Source: Candidatus Micrarchaeota archaeon (lineage in GTDB: Archaea; Micrarchaeota; Micrarchaeia; Micrarchaeales; Micrarchaeaceae). Taken from it: a stretch of 64,000 nt of DNA. The translations under genes and the position numbers were made by a program. The notes under the pieces are model-generated. The model made no database searches and had not been told where the DNA came from. It saw only the letters and a list, made by a program, of their open reading frames with translations. Below are positions 40,481 to 50,375 of the stretch, piece by piece (within the stretch, counting starts at the first letter, position 1; each line of letters opens with the position of its first letter). Where the stretch lies: contig JAJYEJ010000001.1 of assembly GCA_021785805.1 (NCBI GenBank), positions 1,940 through 65,939 on the forward strand, in the 5' to 3' direction.

Positions 40481-41314
40481 ATGGCTGCAAGACCGGATAT
40501 TAACAGGTACCTAAATCTCCTAAAGACCGTCTCGAAAAGGTCCGCGATGATGTGCATATTCTGCGGAAATGATAATACGGCATACGTGGATCCTTGGATC
40601 TGCGCATTCTGCGAAAGCACAGTATACAATGCTATCGCATCGGCAGCTGCGAAAGATAAGACGTTGATGAAGAGTATAGAATCGATAAACGGCTACGTGG
40701 AGAACGGCGAGTATAAACCTGCTGCCGACCTATATGCCACGATCGTGGAGAAGAACGGCAATCCGCAGTATCTTTATGCGGCTGCGCTGCTGGACATAGC
40801 GCACTCCAACGACGAAGTGGCGAGGATAAGGTACGATAGGCATGGCTTCATGGAGGAGAACGCCGAGCACAGGATAGAAGCCAGTAGGCTAATGTCGAAT
40901 GCGAAGCTCTTATTCAACAGGGCAATATTCAGGATCAAGGGCTTAGCAGGGACTGCACAGATAACGCCGGATATGGCATTCACCGCCTTCATGAGTTCGA
41001 TAAAATCAGGAAATCTTAGGGCGGCCAAGACTTACATGGAATACCTGACGGCAGTACATCAGCTGAACGATTATGCGAATATGGTGATGAGTGCCGAGCT
41101 AGGCAGGTTCGATGACTTATATCGCTATGCGGATAAGCTGCTTGATAAGAATGTGTTCATGGCAGGGGCGTTATACTACGTAGCTTGGGGCATGTTCAAG
41201 CAGAAGCGGTACCGCGAGTCTGAAAGGATACTTAATGCCTTGTCCCAGGTCGTAAGGAGCAAGAGTGTAGCGGCGCTGCTCAAGGATATAGATGACACGA
41301 AGAAGATCGATTGA
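40481..41314 (+). CDS. Hypothetical protein with N-terminal CxxC-CxxC and TPR-like helices
   Basis: CIFC...CAFC followed by Ala/Tyr-rich helical repeats. Confidence 0.7.
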   Translation: MAARPDINRYLNLLKTVSKRSAMMCIFCGNDNTAYVDPWICAFCESTVYNAIASAAAKDKTLMKSIESINGYVENGEYKPAADLYATIVEKNGNPQYLYAAALLDIAHSNDEVARIRYDRHGFMEENAEHRIEASRLMSNAKLLFNRAIFRIKGLAGTAQITPDMAFTAFMSSIKSGNLRAAKTYMEYLTAVHQLNDYANMVMSAELGRFDDLYRYADKLLDKNVFMAGALYYVAWGMFKQKRYRESERILNALSQVVRSKSVAALLKDIDDTKKID

Positions 41315-41471
41315 TTACCCGTTTGTGCACAATTGGATTTTCGACTATGCACTGCGTCCGGGGAATGGACTTCCCGTCCTGCATTAGAATAAGCAGAAAG
41401 CCCCCTTGGTCAAATAACCTACCGTTAGTGATTGAAGCCGCAACCCCGAGCTTAATGCACCTTGACTCCGT

Positions 41472-43196
41472 TTATTTCGATATGAAGATGAACTCCATCC
41501 TCTCCTCGTTGTCAAGTATGCAGTAGCCGAACCTCTCAAACTGGACTATGTCGTGCTCCTTCAGGTTCTTGGCGTAGTTCTCCACGAACCCTCGTACGGT
41601 CTCGAGGCTGTCCTCCATGTATTCTCCCTTCTCATCGAAGAGCTCCTTTGGCACCAATACGGTGCATGGGATGTAGTTCCTGTCTGAGACCCACTGCACT
41701 ATCTTCCCCTCCTTTGAGATGGTGTTCCTCGTCGCCGTCATCTGATAGTCCCCCCGGTCCAGTATCTTCACGTCCATCAGGTCCTTCAACCTTATCGTCT
41801 CTCCATCCGCTACCATGTCGGCATCCTCTTCCGATATGTAGAATTCGCTGTTGGTGGTGTATTCCCTCACGCCCATCTCCTTGCTCGGATGCAGCTTGAG
41901 CTTGACGGTGATGTCGACCGAGTCCCCGACGATAATCTTGATCGGGTCCTTTACAAAGAAGAGATGCTTCGCCATAGGGTCTATTATCTTCCTGTTCTCT
42001 GCGAAAAGCATGTCTATCGGCACTACGCTTTCGGATCGGCTGAGCCCGAATCTTAGGACGAATGCCCTTATTGCCTCCGGTTGGATCCCCCTCCTCTGCA
42101 TCGCCATGACCGTAAGCAGCCGAGGGTCATCCCATTTGCTTAGTACGCCGTCTTTCATGAGCTTTCTGATCTCCCTCTTGTGCGCAGTCATGCCTCCTTT
42201 TATCTGGAGCATGGCCATATAATGGAGCCTTGGCACTTTCAGGCCAAGGTACTTGAGAACAAGTTTGTAGCTCTCATCGAATATCTCGTACTCCTTCCCT
42301 CTCGCGACATCCGTTACCCCGTTGTAGTTGTCAATAAGCGGCGTGTTGATGTGGTATGTGGGCCACACCGTGTACTTGCTGCCTTGCCTGTAGTGCGGCG
42401 TCTTCTTTATCCTGAATATCGTCGGGTCGCGCAGTGTCGTGTCTGGTGAGGTCATATCTCCCTTCAGCCTCACGATGGCCTGCCCCTCCTCGAATTTTCC
42501 GACTAGCATATCGCTGAACAGCGAGAGATTCTCCTCGGATTTCTGACCCCTGTGCTGGCATTCGATCTTGTCGAACCTGTTCTTCTTTATCTGGTCCGGA
42601 CTGCACATGCAGATGTATGCATGGTCCTGCGATATCAGCGTCTTGCACACCTCGTATTCCTTTTCTATGTAGTCGCTCGCATAGTACTCCTTTGCGAACT
42701 TTACCCCTAGCCATGCCGTGTCCCTCTTTATCCCATCTACATACTCCTGTTTGCTTTTCTCAGGGTTGGTATCGTCGAAATACAGGAATATCTTGCCCTT
42801 GTAGAGCCTCGCCATCTCGTCGCTTATCAGGCACTGCTTCGCATTGCCCAATGTCATGTAGCCGCCAGGCTCGGGAGGATATCTCGTGAATACGTTGCCT
42901 TCCTGCGCCCCGGCTATCGTTATTTTAGCTACGGCGGTGCTTTCCGCTATCTCTTTCTCCCTCGCCTTAAATTCGCTTTCGAATGGAGCATATTCCTTGG
43001 CTAGCTCCTCCTTGTCCATGGAGTTGACCTCGGTTATTACGCTGGATACCATCGCCTTGAGCTCGTTTATTGGTGTGCCCTTAGCAAGCGGCACCACCTT
43101 GCCCAGCACGCTGCCTAGCTCGGCCTTGCCGTAATCAATGGCGTTCTTTAGCGCAAATTTTCTTGCAGATTCGAGAACGGCTTTATCATCAACCAT
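41472..43196 (-). CDS. gltX: Glutamate--tRNA ligase (archaeal type)
   Basis: TRYPPEPGGY, FDDTNP, RDPTIFR, WDDPRL, QFERFGY. Confidence 0.93.
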   Translation of the reverse strand: MVDDKAVLESARKFALKNAIDYGKAELGSVLGKVVPLAKGTPINELKAMVSSVITEVNSMDKEELAKEYAPFESEFKAREKEIAESTAVAKITIAGAQEGNVFTRYPPEPGGYMTLGNAKQCLISDEMARLYKGKIFLYFDDTNPEKSKQEYVDGIKRDTAWLGVKFAKEYYASDYIEKEYEVCKTLISQDHAYICMCSPDQIKKNRFDKIECQHRGQKSEENLSLFSDMLVGKFEEGQAIVRLKGDMTSPDTTLRDPTIFRIKKTPHYRQGSKYTVWPTYHINTPLIDNYNGVTDVARGKEYEIFDESYKLVLKYLGLKVPRLHYMAMLQIKGGMTAHKREIRKLMKDGVLSKWDDPRLLTVMAMQRRGIQPEAIRAFVLRFGLSRSESVVPIDMLFAENRKIIDPMAKHLFFVKDPIKIIVGDSVDITVKLKLHPSKEMGVREYTTNSEFYISEEDADMVADGETIRLKDLMDVKILDRGDYQMTATRNTISKEGKIVQWVSDRNYIPCTVLVPKELFDEKGEYMEDSLETVRGFVENYAKNLKEHDIVQFERFGYCILDNEERMEFIFISK

Positions 43197-43210
43197 CGTA
43201 CTCAACCCTT

Positions 43211-43819
43211 TCATCCTTCGTATATGACAGTAAGCGGGCCTATGACGTTGCCTGTTTGGGTAACGGTTCCTTGTATCTTGACTGGGACCAGTGCGCCGCG
43301 CGGCTGAAGCGGCTCTATTGACACAGGGTAATTACCGGACTGGAGCAGTACTGGCACGGGCTGTGAATAATAGTACATGGTAATCTGCGCCGGCAGGGCA
43401 ACCATGGTGCTGGCCTTTACTGTGGCTACAGAGTTTCCCAGCATGGCGTCAAGCCTGGACTGGAATGCATATGCAGTCATGTTGACCAGATAAGCGCTGA
43501 ATGTCACGTTGTTAATGGATGCATAATTACCTATCGTACCATTTGCCTGCAAAGCGATTATAACATTGGCCACATCCGAGTAGTATGTGGAGTTCGACGA
43601 GTTGACCGTCACCTGCACGTTCTGTGACCATCCGTTGACCGTTGCGTTGGCCTGTCCTACCATGAAGTAGGACGGCCCAGACACCGTAGATGTCGACGAT
43701 GACGGTGGAGAACCGAAGTTTCCGAATGCTGCCGCAGAGCTTATGAACATTATAGCTACCAGTATACTCCCTATGAACAACAATTTCTTCCTTCTAGAAT
43801 CGTCTGCCAATTCAAACAC
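43211..43819 (-). CDS. Membrane-anchored/secreted hypothetical protein
   Basis: N-terminal TM helix, Ser/Thr-rich linker, N-glycosylation sequons. Confidence 0.7.
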   Translation of the reverse strand: MFELADDSRRKKLLFIGSILVAIMFISSAAAFGNFGSPPSSSTSTVSGPSYFMVGQANATVNGWSQNVQVTVNSSNSTYYSDVANVIIALQANGTIGNYASINNVTFSAYLVNMTAYAFQSRLDAMLGNSVATVKASTMVALPAQITMYYYSQPVPVLLQSGNYPVSIEPLQPRGALVPVKIQGTVTQTGNVIGPLTVIYEG

Positions 43820-43942
43820 CGAAAAGCCTGCTTAAGGCAAGTAGATTTCGTATTGGTATATTCGCTTGAAAGGCTTTTATATGTAGTGTGGTTAATTAAA
43901 TTCGCTTTTGCTTGATGGCAATGCATCTAATGGGTAATCTAT

Positions 43943-44665
43943 ATGACTTTCAAAGATGGAGACTTTCTAGAAGTAGAATACAGCGTATGGGATGCGACAG
44001 ACAACTCTCTGGTCGCGACTACAGACGAGAAAAAGGCGAAGGAGGGAAACATATACAACGAGAAAGCGCGTTATGGACCCTCGCTTATGGTACTTGGCGC
44101 CCCAGGCATAGTGAAGGGGCTTGACAAGGAGCTCAGAGCCATGAACGAGAGCGACACCAGGAAGTTCACGCTCAAGCCCGCAGAGGCGTTCGGAGATAGG
44201 TCTGAAGACCTGATAAGGGTAATGCCATTATCTGATTTCAAGGCAAGGGACATGAACCCGTATCCGGGCATGCGCGTAACGCTCGACGACGTCACGGCAA
44301 CGGTGAAGAGCGTAAACTCAGGGAGGGTAGTGGTCGACGCAAACCATCCGCTCGCAGGGAGGGATGTCATATACGAGGTAAGGATAGTGAAGTGCCTGAG
44401 GACGGACAAGGAGAAGATAGAAGGGCTTGCAAGCGATTATGGGGCCGCAACCACAGCCGTGAAAGTGGACAATAAGTCAGTTGAGCTTACTTATGACGGA
44501 AAGGTGAAGAAGGATGCCGATTACTTCATAAATAAGACAAGCCTTGTCGCAGCGGTCTTCAGCTACATGAAGAACTTCGAGAAGGTGGAGGTAAAGGAGG
44601 AGTATTCAAGGACTGAGATCGAGAAGCAGGAAGAGGAACATGACCATGGCGATGATCGGGTATAA
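43943..44665 (+). CDS. FKBP-type peptidyl-prolyl isomerase (long archaeal SlyD-like)
   Basis: GDFLEVEY, KPAEAFG, VVDANHPLAG. Confidence 0.93.
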   Translation: MTFKDGDFLEVEYSVWDATDNSLVATTDEKKAKEGNIYNEKARYGPSLMVLGAPGIVKGLDKELRAMNESDTRKFTLKPAEAFGDRSEDLIRVMPLSDFKARDMNPYPGMRVTLDDVTATVKSVNSGRVVVDANHPLAGRDVIYEVRIVKCLRTDKEKIEGLASDYGAATTAVKVDNKSVELTYDGKVKKDADYFINKTSLVAAVFSYMKNFEKVEVKEEYSRTEIEKQEEEHDHGDDRV

Positions 44666-44667
44666 TC

Positions 44668-45042
44668 ATGGACAATGAAAACAGCGGCAAGCTCATGGTG
44701 GTCACAACCAACTACGTCCCCGGATACAGGATAACGAAGGTAATCGGTGCAACGTTCGGCGTAGTAGTCAGGAGCAGAGGAATCGGGGGCAATATCCTCG
44801 CAAGCTTAAAGTCGATAGTCGGCGGAGAGATAGGGGCTTACACAAAGATGCTGTCCGATGCGAGGGAGCATGCGATGCAGAGGCTTGAGGAAAATGCGAA
44901 GGCGCAGGGAGCTAACGCTGTAGTCAGCATGAGCTTCGACTCTTCGGAAATCGCACAGGCGATGAATGAGATAGTGGCTTATGGCACAGCCGTCGTGGTT
45001 GAGGAGGATCCGAAAGCTGCAGACGCTGTTTCGCTTCGCTGA
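44668..45042 (+). CDS. YbjQ/UPF0145 family protein
   Basis: IVGGEIGAYTKML..AR, GANAVV, AYGTAV. Confidence 0.92.
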   Translation: MDNENSGKLMVVTTNYVPGYRITKVIGATFGVVVRSRGIGGNILASLKSIVGGEIGAYTKMLSDAREHAMQRLEENAKAQGANAVVSMSFDSSEIAQAMNEIVAYGTAVVVEEDPKAADAVSLR

Positions 45043-45052
45043 GTTCTCTTGA

Positions 45053-46168
45053 TTAGGAGTTTGCTTTCTTTCTCAGGAAGAATCTCTTTATTATCAAGGA
45101 TGGGCTGTCCATATCCCCGTATTTTCCCAGAAAACGCTCTGCACCCATCATCTTCGAGAGCCTGACCATCCACTCCATCTCCCTCTCGCCCAAGTATGAG
45201 TAATATGAATGTACAAGCCTGTGCAGGCCGAGATCGAGGCCATACCTCTTCCTCCACAGCTTCTCATACACCTCCAGGGACTTGTCCTGTGTCATATGTT
45301 CACGGATGACCCTGGCTGCGATATGCGCGCATGCTATCCCGAATATTATGCCTCCGCCTGTTGTGGCTTTGACCTGACCGGCCGCATCACCCACGAGCAT
45401 CACGTTCCCTTTCACTGTAACTGCCCTCTGGCTCACTGGAATCATGCTTGCGTATCCTGCGGTCTTCCTAGCGTTTCCTATTATCGGAGAGAGCATGTCC
45501 GAAGCGATGAACTGCTCGAACGCCTTGGTGCTCGTCTTCTTGGCTCTCCCGCTTACCCCTATGCCTACCTCTACCTTGGTGCCTGAATAAGGCACGTACC
45601 ACCCGAAGAACCTGTTGGCAATCTTGTTCGAGAAATATAGTCCGACCATGTGTGTGTCTTCCACTGCGGCTCCCGAGTACTCGGCTTTGTAGGTCAGGAT
45701 GTGCTCTTTTATCGGAGGGAATCCTATTGCGCTCGCCACGGTAGACACCGCCCCATCCGCACCTATGACGACACTGTTCTCATCGGAGCTGAACCTTCTG
45801 ACGGTCTCCCTGTCGACGCGCCTGCCCAGCTCGATCTCGGCTCCGGCCGCTCTCGCCTCCTCCGCACAGATATCGGCGAGCTTTCCCCTGTCCAGGACGT
45901 ATGCCTTGGTCGCAGGGGACTTTATGCGCATAGACTCCTTCCCGGCACGCAGCGTTGCTCCGTCAAGGGTGTTTACAATGGCGCCGTGGTAGTTTATGCC
46001 GGTCCTTGAAAGCCCGTCTTTTGAGAATATGCCTGACGCCTTCGCGGTGTTGTCCGAAACCTTCTTTTTCGAATCGTATACGACCGTGTCTACCCCATGC
46101 TTGGCTAACACCTTCGCAAGCGAAAGGCCGATAACTCCCGCACCTATTATGATGGCTTTCTTCTGCAT
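45053..46168 (-). CDS. Geranylgeranyl reductase family FAD-dependent oxidoreductase
   Basis: IIGAGVIG, IGADG, VGDAAGQVKATTGGGI; start approximate. Confidence 0.88.
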   Translation of the reverse strand: MQKKAIIIGAGVIGLSLAKVLAKHGVDTVVYDSKKKVSDNTAKASGIFSKDGLSRTGINYHGAIVNTLDGATLRAGKESMRIKSPATKAYVLDRGKLADICAEEARAAGAEIELGRRVDRETVRRFSSDENSVVIGADGAVSTVASAIGFPPIKEHILTYKAEYSGAAVEDTHMVGLYFSNKIANRFFGWYVPYSGTKVEVGIGVSGRAKKTSTKAFEQFIASDMLSPIIGNARKTAGYASMIPVSQRAVTVKGNVMLVGDAAGQVKATTGGGIIFGIACAHIAARVIREHMTQDKSLEVYEKLWRKRYGLDLGLHRLVHSYYSYLGEREMEWMVRLSKMMGAERFLGKYGDMDSPSLIIKRFFLRKKANS

Positions 46169-46258
46169 ATCATCCACGAACATGCCATTTGGGCCAATCC
46201 CGAGACGGGTGCCCCATGTATTTTGATTTATAAACCTTTCCATTTAAATATTAAGTGT

Positions 46259-46666
46259 TTGGTCGGTGATAAGACGAGTGCGAAAAATGGAAATCCAGCA
46301 AAAACCCCGAAATCTTCGAAATCCCCAAAACCTTCGAACACGGCGTGGGACGGCGGCGATATACCTGTTCCATCAATAAAGATACAAAATATAGTCGTAA
46401 GCGCAGATTTGCATGCGGTTATAGACCTATATGCGCTTTCTAAGGAGGTCAAGGCTGTCGATTATGAGCCAGAGCAGTTCCCGGGAGCGATATTCAAGAT
46501 CGCCGAACCAAAAGCGGTAATCATACTTTTCAAGAACGGAAAGATGATCTGCACAGGAACAAACACCGAGGCGAATATCAGACGTGTCCTCGACTATGCT
46601 GCAAAGGTAATCTCGAAGTACGTGATAGAGGTCACACCAGTACAGGCTTCGCCGCCGAAGAAGTAA
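46259..46666 (+). CDS. TATA-binding-protein-like protein with a single TBP repeat
   Basis: IKIQNIVVS..DYEPEQFPGAIFK..VIILFKNGKMICTG is one TBP repeat; start (TTG) uncertain. Confidence 0.82.
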   Translation: MVGDKTSAKNGNPAKTPKSSKSPKPSNTAWDGGDIPVPSIKIQNIVVSADLHAVIDLYALSKEVKAVDYEPEQFPGAIFKIAEPKAVIILFKNGKMICTGTNTEANIRRVLDYAAKVISKYVIEVTPVQASPPKK

Positions 46667-46670
46667 TCGC

Positions 46671-47822
46671 TTATTTCTCGTATTCTTCCCTTATCTTTAC
46701 AGTCTTAGCCAGCTTCTTGTCGAATACCCTGAAGAAGTTCGCCCATGAGTATTTTTTCCTTACGGTGGCTATCCCCTTCTTTCCCATCTCCTTCGCGATT
46801 GATGGGTGCTCGGCGACATACTGCATCTTCTCGGCCATCTCCTCCTCGCTGTTTACCAGAAATCCTGTCTCTCCGTTATCGACCGTCTCCTTCGGCCCTC
46901 CCTCATTGACCGCTATTATAGGCTTCCTGCTGGACATCGCTTCCATAGGTATTAGCCCATAATCCTCGTTGATTGGGGTATACAGTATCGCAGTGGCCCT
47001 TGCCATCAGGTCCCTGTACCTGTCCTCTTCATAGTCGGTTATTATCTGCACGTCTCCGGTCTTCTTCGCGGCGTCGACCACCTTGAGGTAGTAGTTGTAG
47101 TAGAACCTGTCTTTTGAAAGTGCGCCCCCCAGCACCAGTTTGTATCCTTTCTTTTTCTTCTTGAACCTCTTGAACGCCTCTATAGCGTAGAGCTGCCTCT
47201 TGTTCGGGGAGAATCTTGACGGATAGAAGAAGTACTTGTCATTTCCATCGTTCCTGTATGTCTCGTATTCGATGCCCCCGTTTAGGACCTCAGCATCTTC
47301 CCTTCCGAAGTACTTCACAATCCTTGACCTGGTGTTTTCGCTGTTCGCGAGTATGACCTCGGCCTTCTTCGCCATCCTTTGGTCTATGAACCTCACTGCA
47401 CCGGCACCAGCTATGTAGACCGGCTTCTGATAGCCCTTCTTCAATGAGAGCCGGTACCGGTACATGTCCCATACCTCCCTCAATGGAGTGTGGCAGTACC
47501 AGAGCACTCCAGGGTTCTTGTTCCTTATCCAATGGCTTGGGGCTATATGCGCATTTATCACATCGTAGTCCTCCGTGATCTTGAACCCGTAGAATGAAAG
47601 CCCGTAGTTCAGCCCCTGAGCCGCCCTCCCATAAGGCAGGAGCCGGAACGCCTTGTTCTTCCCTATCACTTCCACATCAAGGTCCTTGAATTCGGGGAAT
47701 GTGCCTTCTGCGTCGTATTCCGCGGTGTATATCGGAGTATCGTAATGCTGGGCGATCTTGAGAAGCACACGCTCAGCCCCTCCTTTCAGGGTAAGGTTCG
47801 CCTGAGTCATGACTACCTTCAT
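46671..47822 (-). CDS. Glycosyltransferase family 4
   Basis: GGAERV, EDYGLIPMEAM (Ex7E), GGPKETV..GETGFL. Confidence 0.93.
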   Translation of the reverse strand: MKVVMTQANLTLKGGAERVLLKIAQHYDTPIYTAEYDAEGTFPEFKDLDVEVIGKNKAFRLLPYGRAAQGLNYGLSFYGFKITEDYDVINAHIAPSHWIRNKNPGVLWYCHTPLREVWDMYRYRLSLKKGYQKPVYIAGAGAVRFIDQRMAKKAEVILANSENTRSRIVKYFGREDAEVLNGGIEYETYRNDGNDKYFFYPSRFSPNKRQLYAIEAFKRFKKKKKGYKLVLGGALSKDRFYYNYYLKVVDAAKKTGDVQIITDYEEDRYRDLMARATAILYTPINEDYGLIPMEAMSSRKPIIAVNEGGPKETVDNGETGFLVNSEEEMAEKMQYVAEHPSIAKEMGKKGIATVRKKYSWANFFRVFDKKLAKTVKIREEYEK

Positions 47823-47922
47823 CGCACCACGGATACTCTTGTTGCGCTATTATTATATAACTTTAAGTAACGATAATAGTATCCCGACGATGGGATACTC
47901 ATTAGGAAGGAAGACTGATGGC

Positions 47923-49218
47923 ATGGACCTGGGAGAGGGGCTAAGGAAGGCCCTGGCAACGCTCACACGTTCTACGATAATAGATGCGAAGACGATAAGA
48001 GAGTTCAACAAGGAACTGCAGAAGACCCTTATCAGCGCTGACGTAGAGGTAGAGTTGGTGCTGAGATTTACCAGGGTCATAGAAGAGAAAGCGCTTAAGA
48101 GCAAACCTCCCGCAGGTCTCGCCCCTACCGACTACATAACGAACATCGTGTACGATGAGCTCGTAAGGCTGATGGGCCAGAGCTATGTACCGAAGCTGCA
48201 GAAAGGAAGGGTCCTCCTTATGGGTCTCTACGGCTCGGGAAAGACCACCACCGCAGCCAAGCTCGCCAAGTTCTATCAGGATAGAGGCATGAGCGCAGGT
48301 GTCATCTGCTGCGACGTCTCCAGGCCGGCTGCGTATGCGCAGCTTGAGACCCTGGCGAAGCAGGCCAATGTGGGATTCTTCGGGATAGATGGAGAGAGGG
48401 ATCCCGTCAAGATAGTCAAGAAGGGGCTTGCCGCGCTTAAGGATAAGAATGTTGTGATCTGCGACACTAGCGGAAGGAGCGCCCTGGATGATGCGCTCAT
48501 AGAGGAATTGAAGAGGGTAGCGGACGCATTCGAGCCGGAGGAAAGGATTCTCGTGATAAGCGCAGACATAGGGCAGGTGGCAGGGAGGCAGGCGAAAGCG
48601 TTTGACGAAGCGGTGAAGATATCGGGGGTAGTGGTAACGAAGATGGATGGCTCGGGCAGGGGAGGCGGGGCGTTGAGCGCGACTAACGCGGCAAACGCCA
48701 AGGTCATGTTCATAGGGATGGGAGAGAAGCTAGCTAATATAGAGCCATACGATTCTGAGAAGTTCATAGGCGGGCTGCTTGGCATGCCTGACATAGCGTC
48801 CTTGGTGTCCCATGTCCAGAACGCGATAAAGGAGGCCAACATCAAGCCAGAGGAGATGGAGCTTGACGACCTGAGTTACGACTCATTCTATACGCAGCTC
48901 AAGGCGATGGGCAGCATGGGCCCCCTCAAGAACATATTCGGCATGATGGGCATGCCAGACGCGCCGAAGGAGGTGATGGAGCAGAGCGAGGACAAGCTGA
49001 GGAAGTATAAGGTAATCATCGCATCGATGACAAGGGATGAGAGGAAGAACGGAAGGCTCCTCCATGAGCCTGGGAGGATAGGCAGGATAGCGAAGGGTGC
49101 CGGAGTGTCGGAGAGGGATGTCCACGCGTTGGTATCCGATTTCAACAAGATGAAAAAGATGTTCGACTCGATGAAGAACGACAGGAACTTCAAGAAGAGG
49201 TTTGCTAAGTTCATGTGA
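47923..49218 (+). CDS. srp54: Signal recognition particle protein SRP54
   Basis: GLYGSGKTTT, DTSGR, TKMDG, M domain IIASMT..ER..RIAKGAG. Confidence 0.96.
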   Translation: MDLGEGLRKALATLTRSTIIDAKTIREFNKELQKTLISADVEVELVLRFTRVIEEKALKSKPPAGLAPTDYITNIVYDELVRLMGQSYVPKLQKGRVLLMGLYGSGKTTTAAKLAKFYQDRGMSAGVICCDVSRPAAYAQLETLAKQANVGFFGIDGERDPVKIVKKGLAALKDKNVVICDTSGRSALDDALIEELKRVADAFEPEERILVISADIGQVAGRQAKAFDEAVKISGVVVTKMDGSGRGGGALSATNAANAKVMFIGMGEKLANIEPYDSEKFIGGLLGMPDIASLVSHVQNAIKEANIKPEEMELDDLSYDSFYTQLKAMGSMGPLKNIFGMMGMPDAPKEVMEQSEDKLRKYKVIIASMTRDERKNGRLLHEPGRIGRIAKGAGVSERDVHALVSDFNKMKKMFDSMKNDRNFKKRFAKFM

Positions 49219-49236
49219 TTGACAGGGTGGCGCAAC

Positions 49237-50340
49237 ATGGTACAGGACAAGGATACTCTTGAGAAAAAGATACAGGATCTCGAGGAGGAGTATTCTAAGA
49301 CGAAGGACAACAAGAAGACCAATTACCACATAGGAAGGATCCGCTTCAAGATCGCACAGGCGAAACACGACCTGGTGATTGCAAGCAAGAAGATCCACGG
49401 GGAGGGCTTCTTCGTCAAGAAGACTGGCGATGCCACAGTGGCTCTGGTCGGCTTCCCTAGCGCTGGCAAGTCCTCGATTATAAACGTGATAGCCAATACA
49501 AGCTCCAAGACCGCGCAGTATGCCTTCACCACCACCAAGATAATTCCCGGAACGATGGTCCACAAGGATTCCCACATACAGGTGTTCGACATGCCCGGGT
49601 TGATAGAGGATGCGCACCTCGGGAAGGGAGGAGGAAGGATGGTGATAAGCGCCGCTAAGGTAGCTGACCTGATAGTTTTCGTCATAGACATAAACCAGAC
49701 ACAGCAGTTTGAAAAGCTCATGAAGGAATTGAACTCCCTTGAGATACACATAAACAAGAAGAGACCTTACATACAGATTAACGAGCAGACCACAGGAGGG
49801 ATAAGGGTGGAGGTCAACAAGTCAGGCCTTCCGGAAGATGACATAAAGGAGATACTCATGGGGCTCGGGATGCATAATGTCATAATCTCCATATGGGGAT
49901 TGGTGGACGAGGATGAATTCATATCGATAGTGTCGGGAAGGGCGATCTACATGAAGGCCATAATGGCGCTCAACAAGATAGATATGAGCAAGGACTACCA
50001 CAAGATAGCGGCAGAGCTTTCGAAGAGGTACAGCATAGAGGTAGTGCCCATAAGCGCCACTAACAGGACAAACACCGACTACCTCAAGGATAGGATATAC
50101 GACAACCTCGGGATAATAACCGTTTACCTGAAGCATAAGCTTGAAGAGGAAAGGATGCCTATGGTGCTCGGCAAAGGAGCTACGGTCATCGATGCAGCGA
50201 AGAAATTCCATGCACATATAGTGGACGAGCTCAACTGTGCGTCGATCACCGGACCAAGCGCGAAGTTCCCCAATCAGAGAGTTGGGGTGGCTCACGTGCT
50301 GAAGGCGGGGGACGTCATCACATTCATAAGAAACAGATGA
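49237..50340 (+). CDS. DRG/OBG family GTPase with TGS domain
   Basis: GFPSAGKS, YAFTT, DMPG, NKID, GPSAKFPNQRVG. Confidence 0.93.
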   Translation: MVQDKDTLEKKIQDLEEEYSKTKDNKKTNYHIGRIRFKIAQAKHDLVIASKKIHGEGFFVKKTGDATVALVGFPSAGKSSIINVIANTSSKTAQYAFTTTKIIPGTMVHKDSHIQVFDMPGLIEDAHLGKGGGRMVISAAKVADLIVFVIDINQTQQFEKLMKELNSLEIHINKKRPYIQINEQTTGGIRVEVNKSGLPEDDIKEILMGLGMHNVIISIWGLVDEDEFISIVSGRAIYMKAIMALNKIDMSKDYHKIAAELSKRYSIEVVPISATNRTNTDYLKDRIYDNLGIITVYLKHKLEEERMPMVLGKGATVIDAAKKFHAHIVDELNCASITGPSAKFPNQRVGVAHVLKAGDVITFIRNR

Positions 50341-50375
50341 CCATTTTCCTGGAGTGGCTGCCCGAGCAACCCGAT

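Noticed and set aside
46278..46380. Programmed -1 frameshift feeding the half-TBP frame
   Set aside because: No canonical slippery heptamer in the right phase; an in-frame TTG start is simpler
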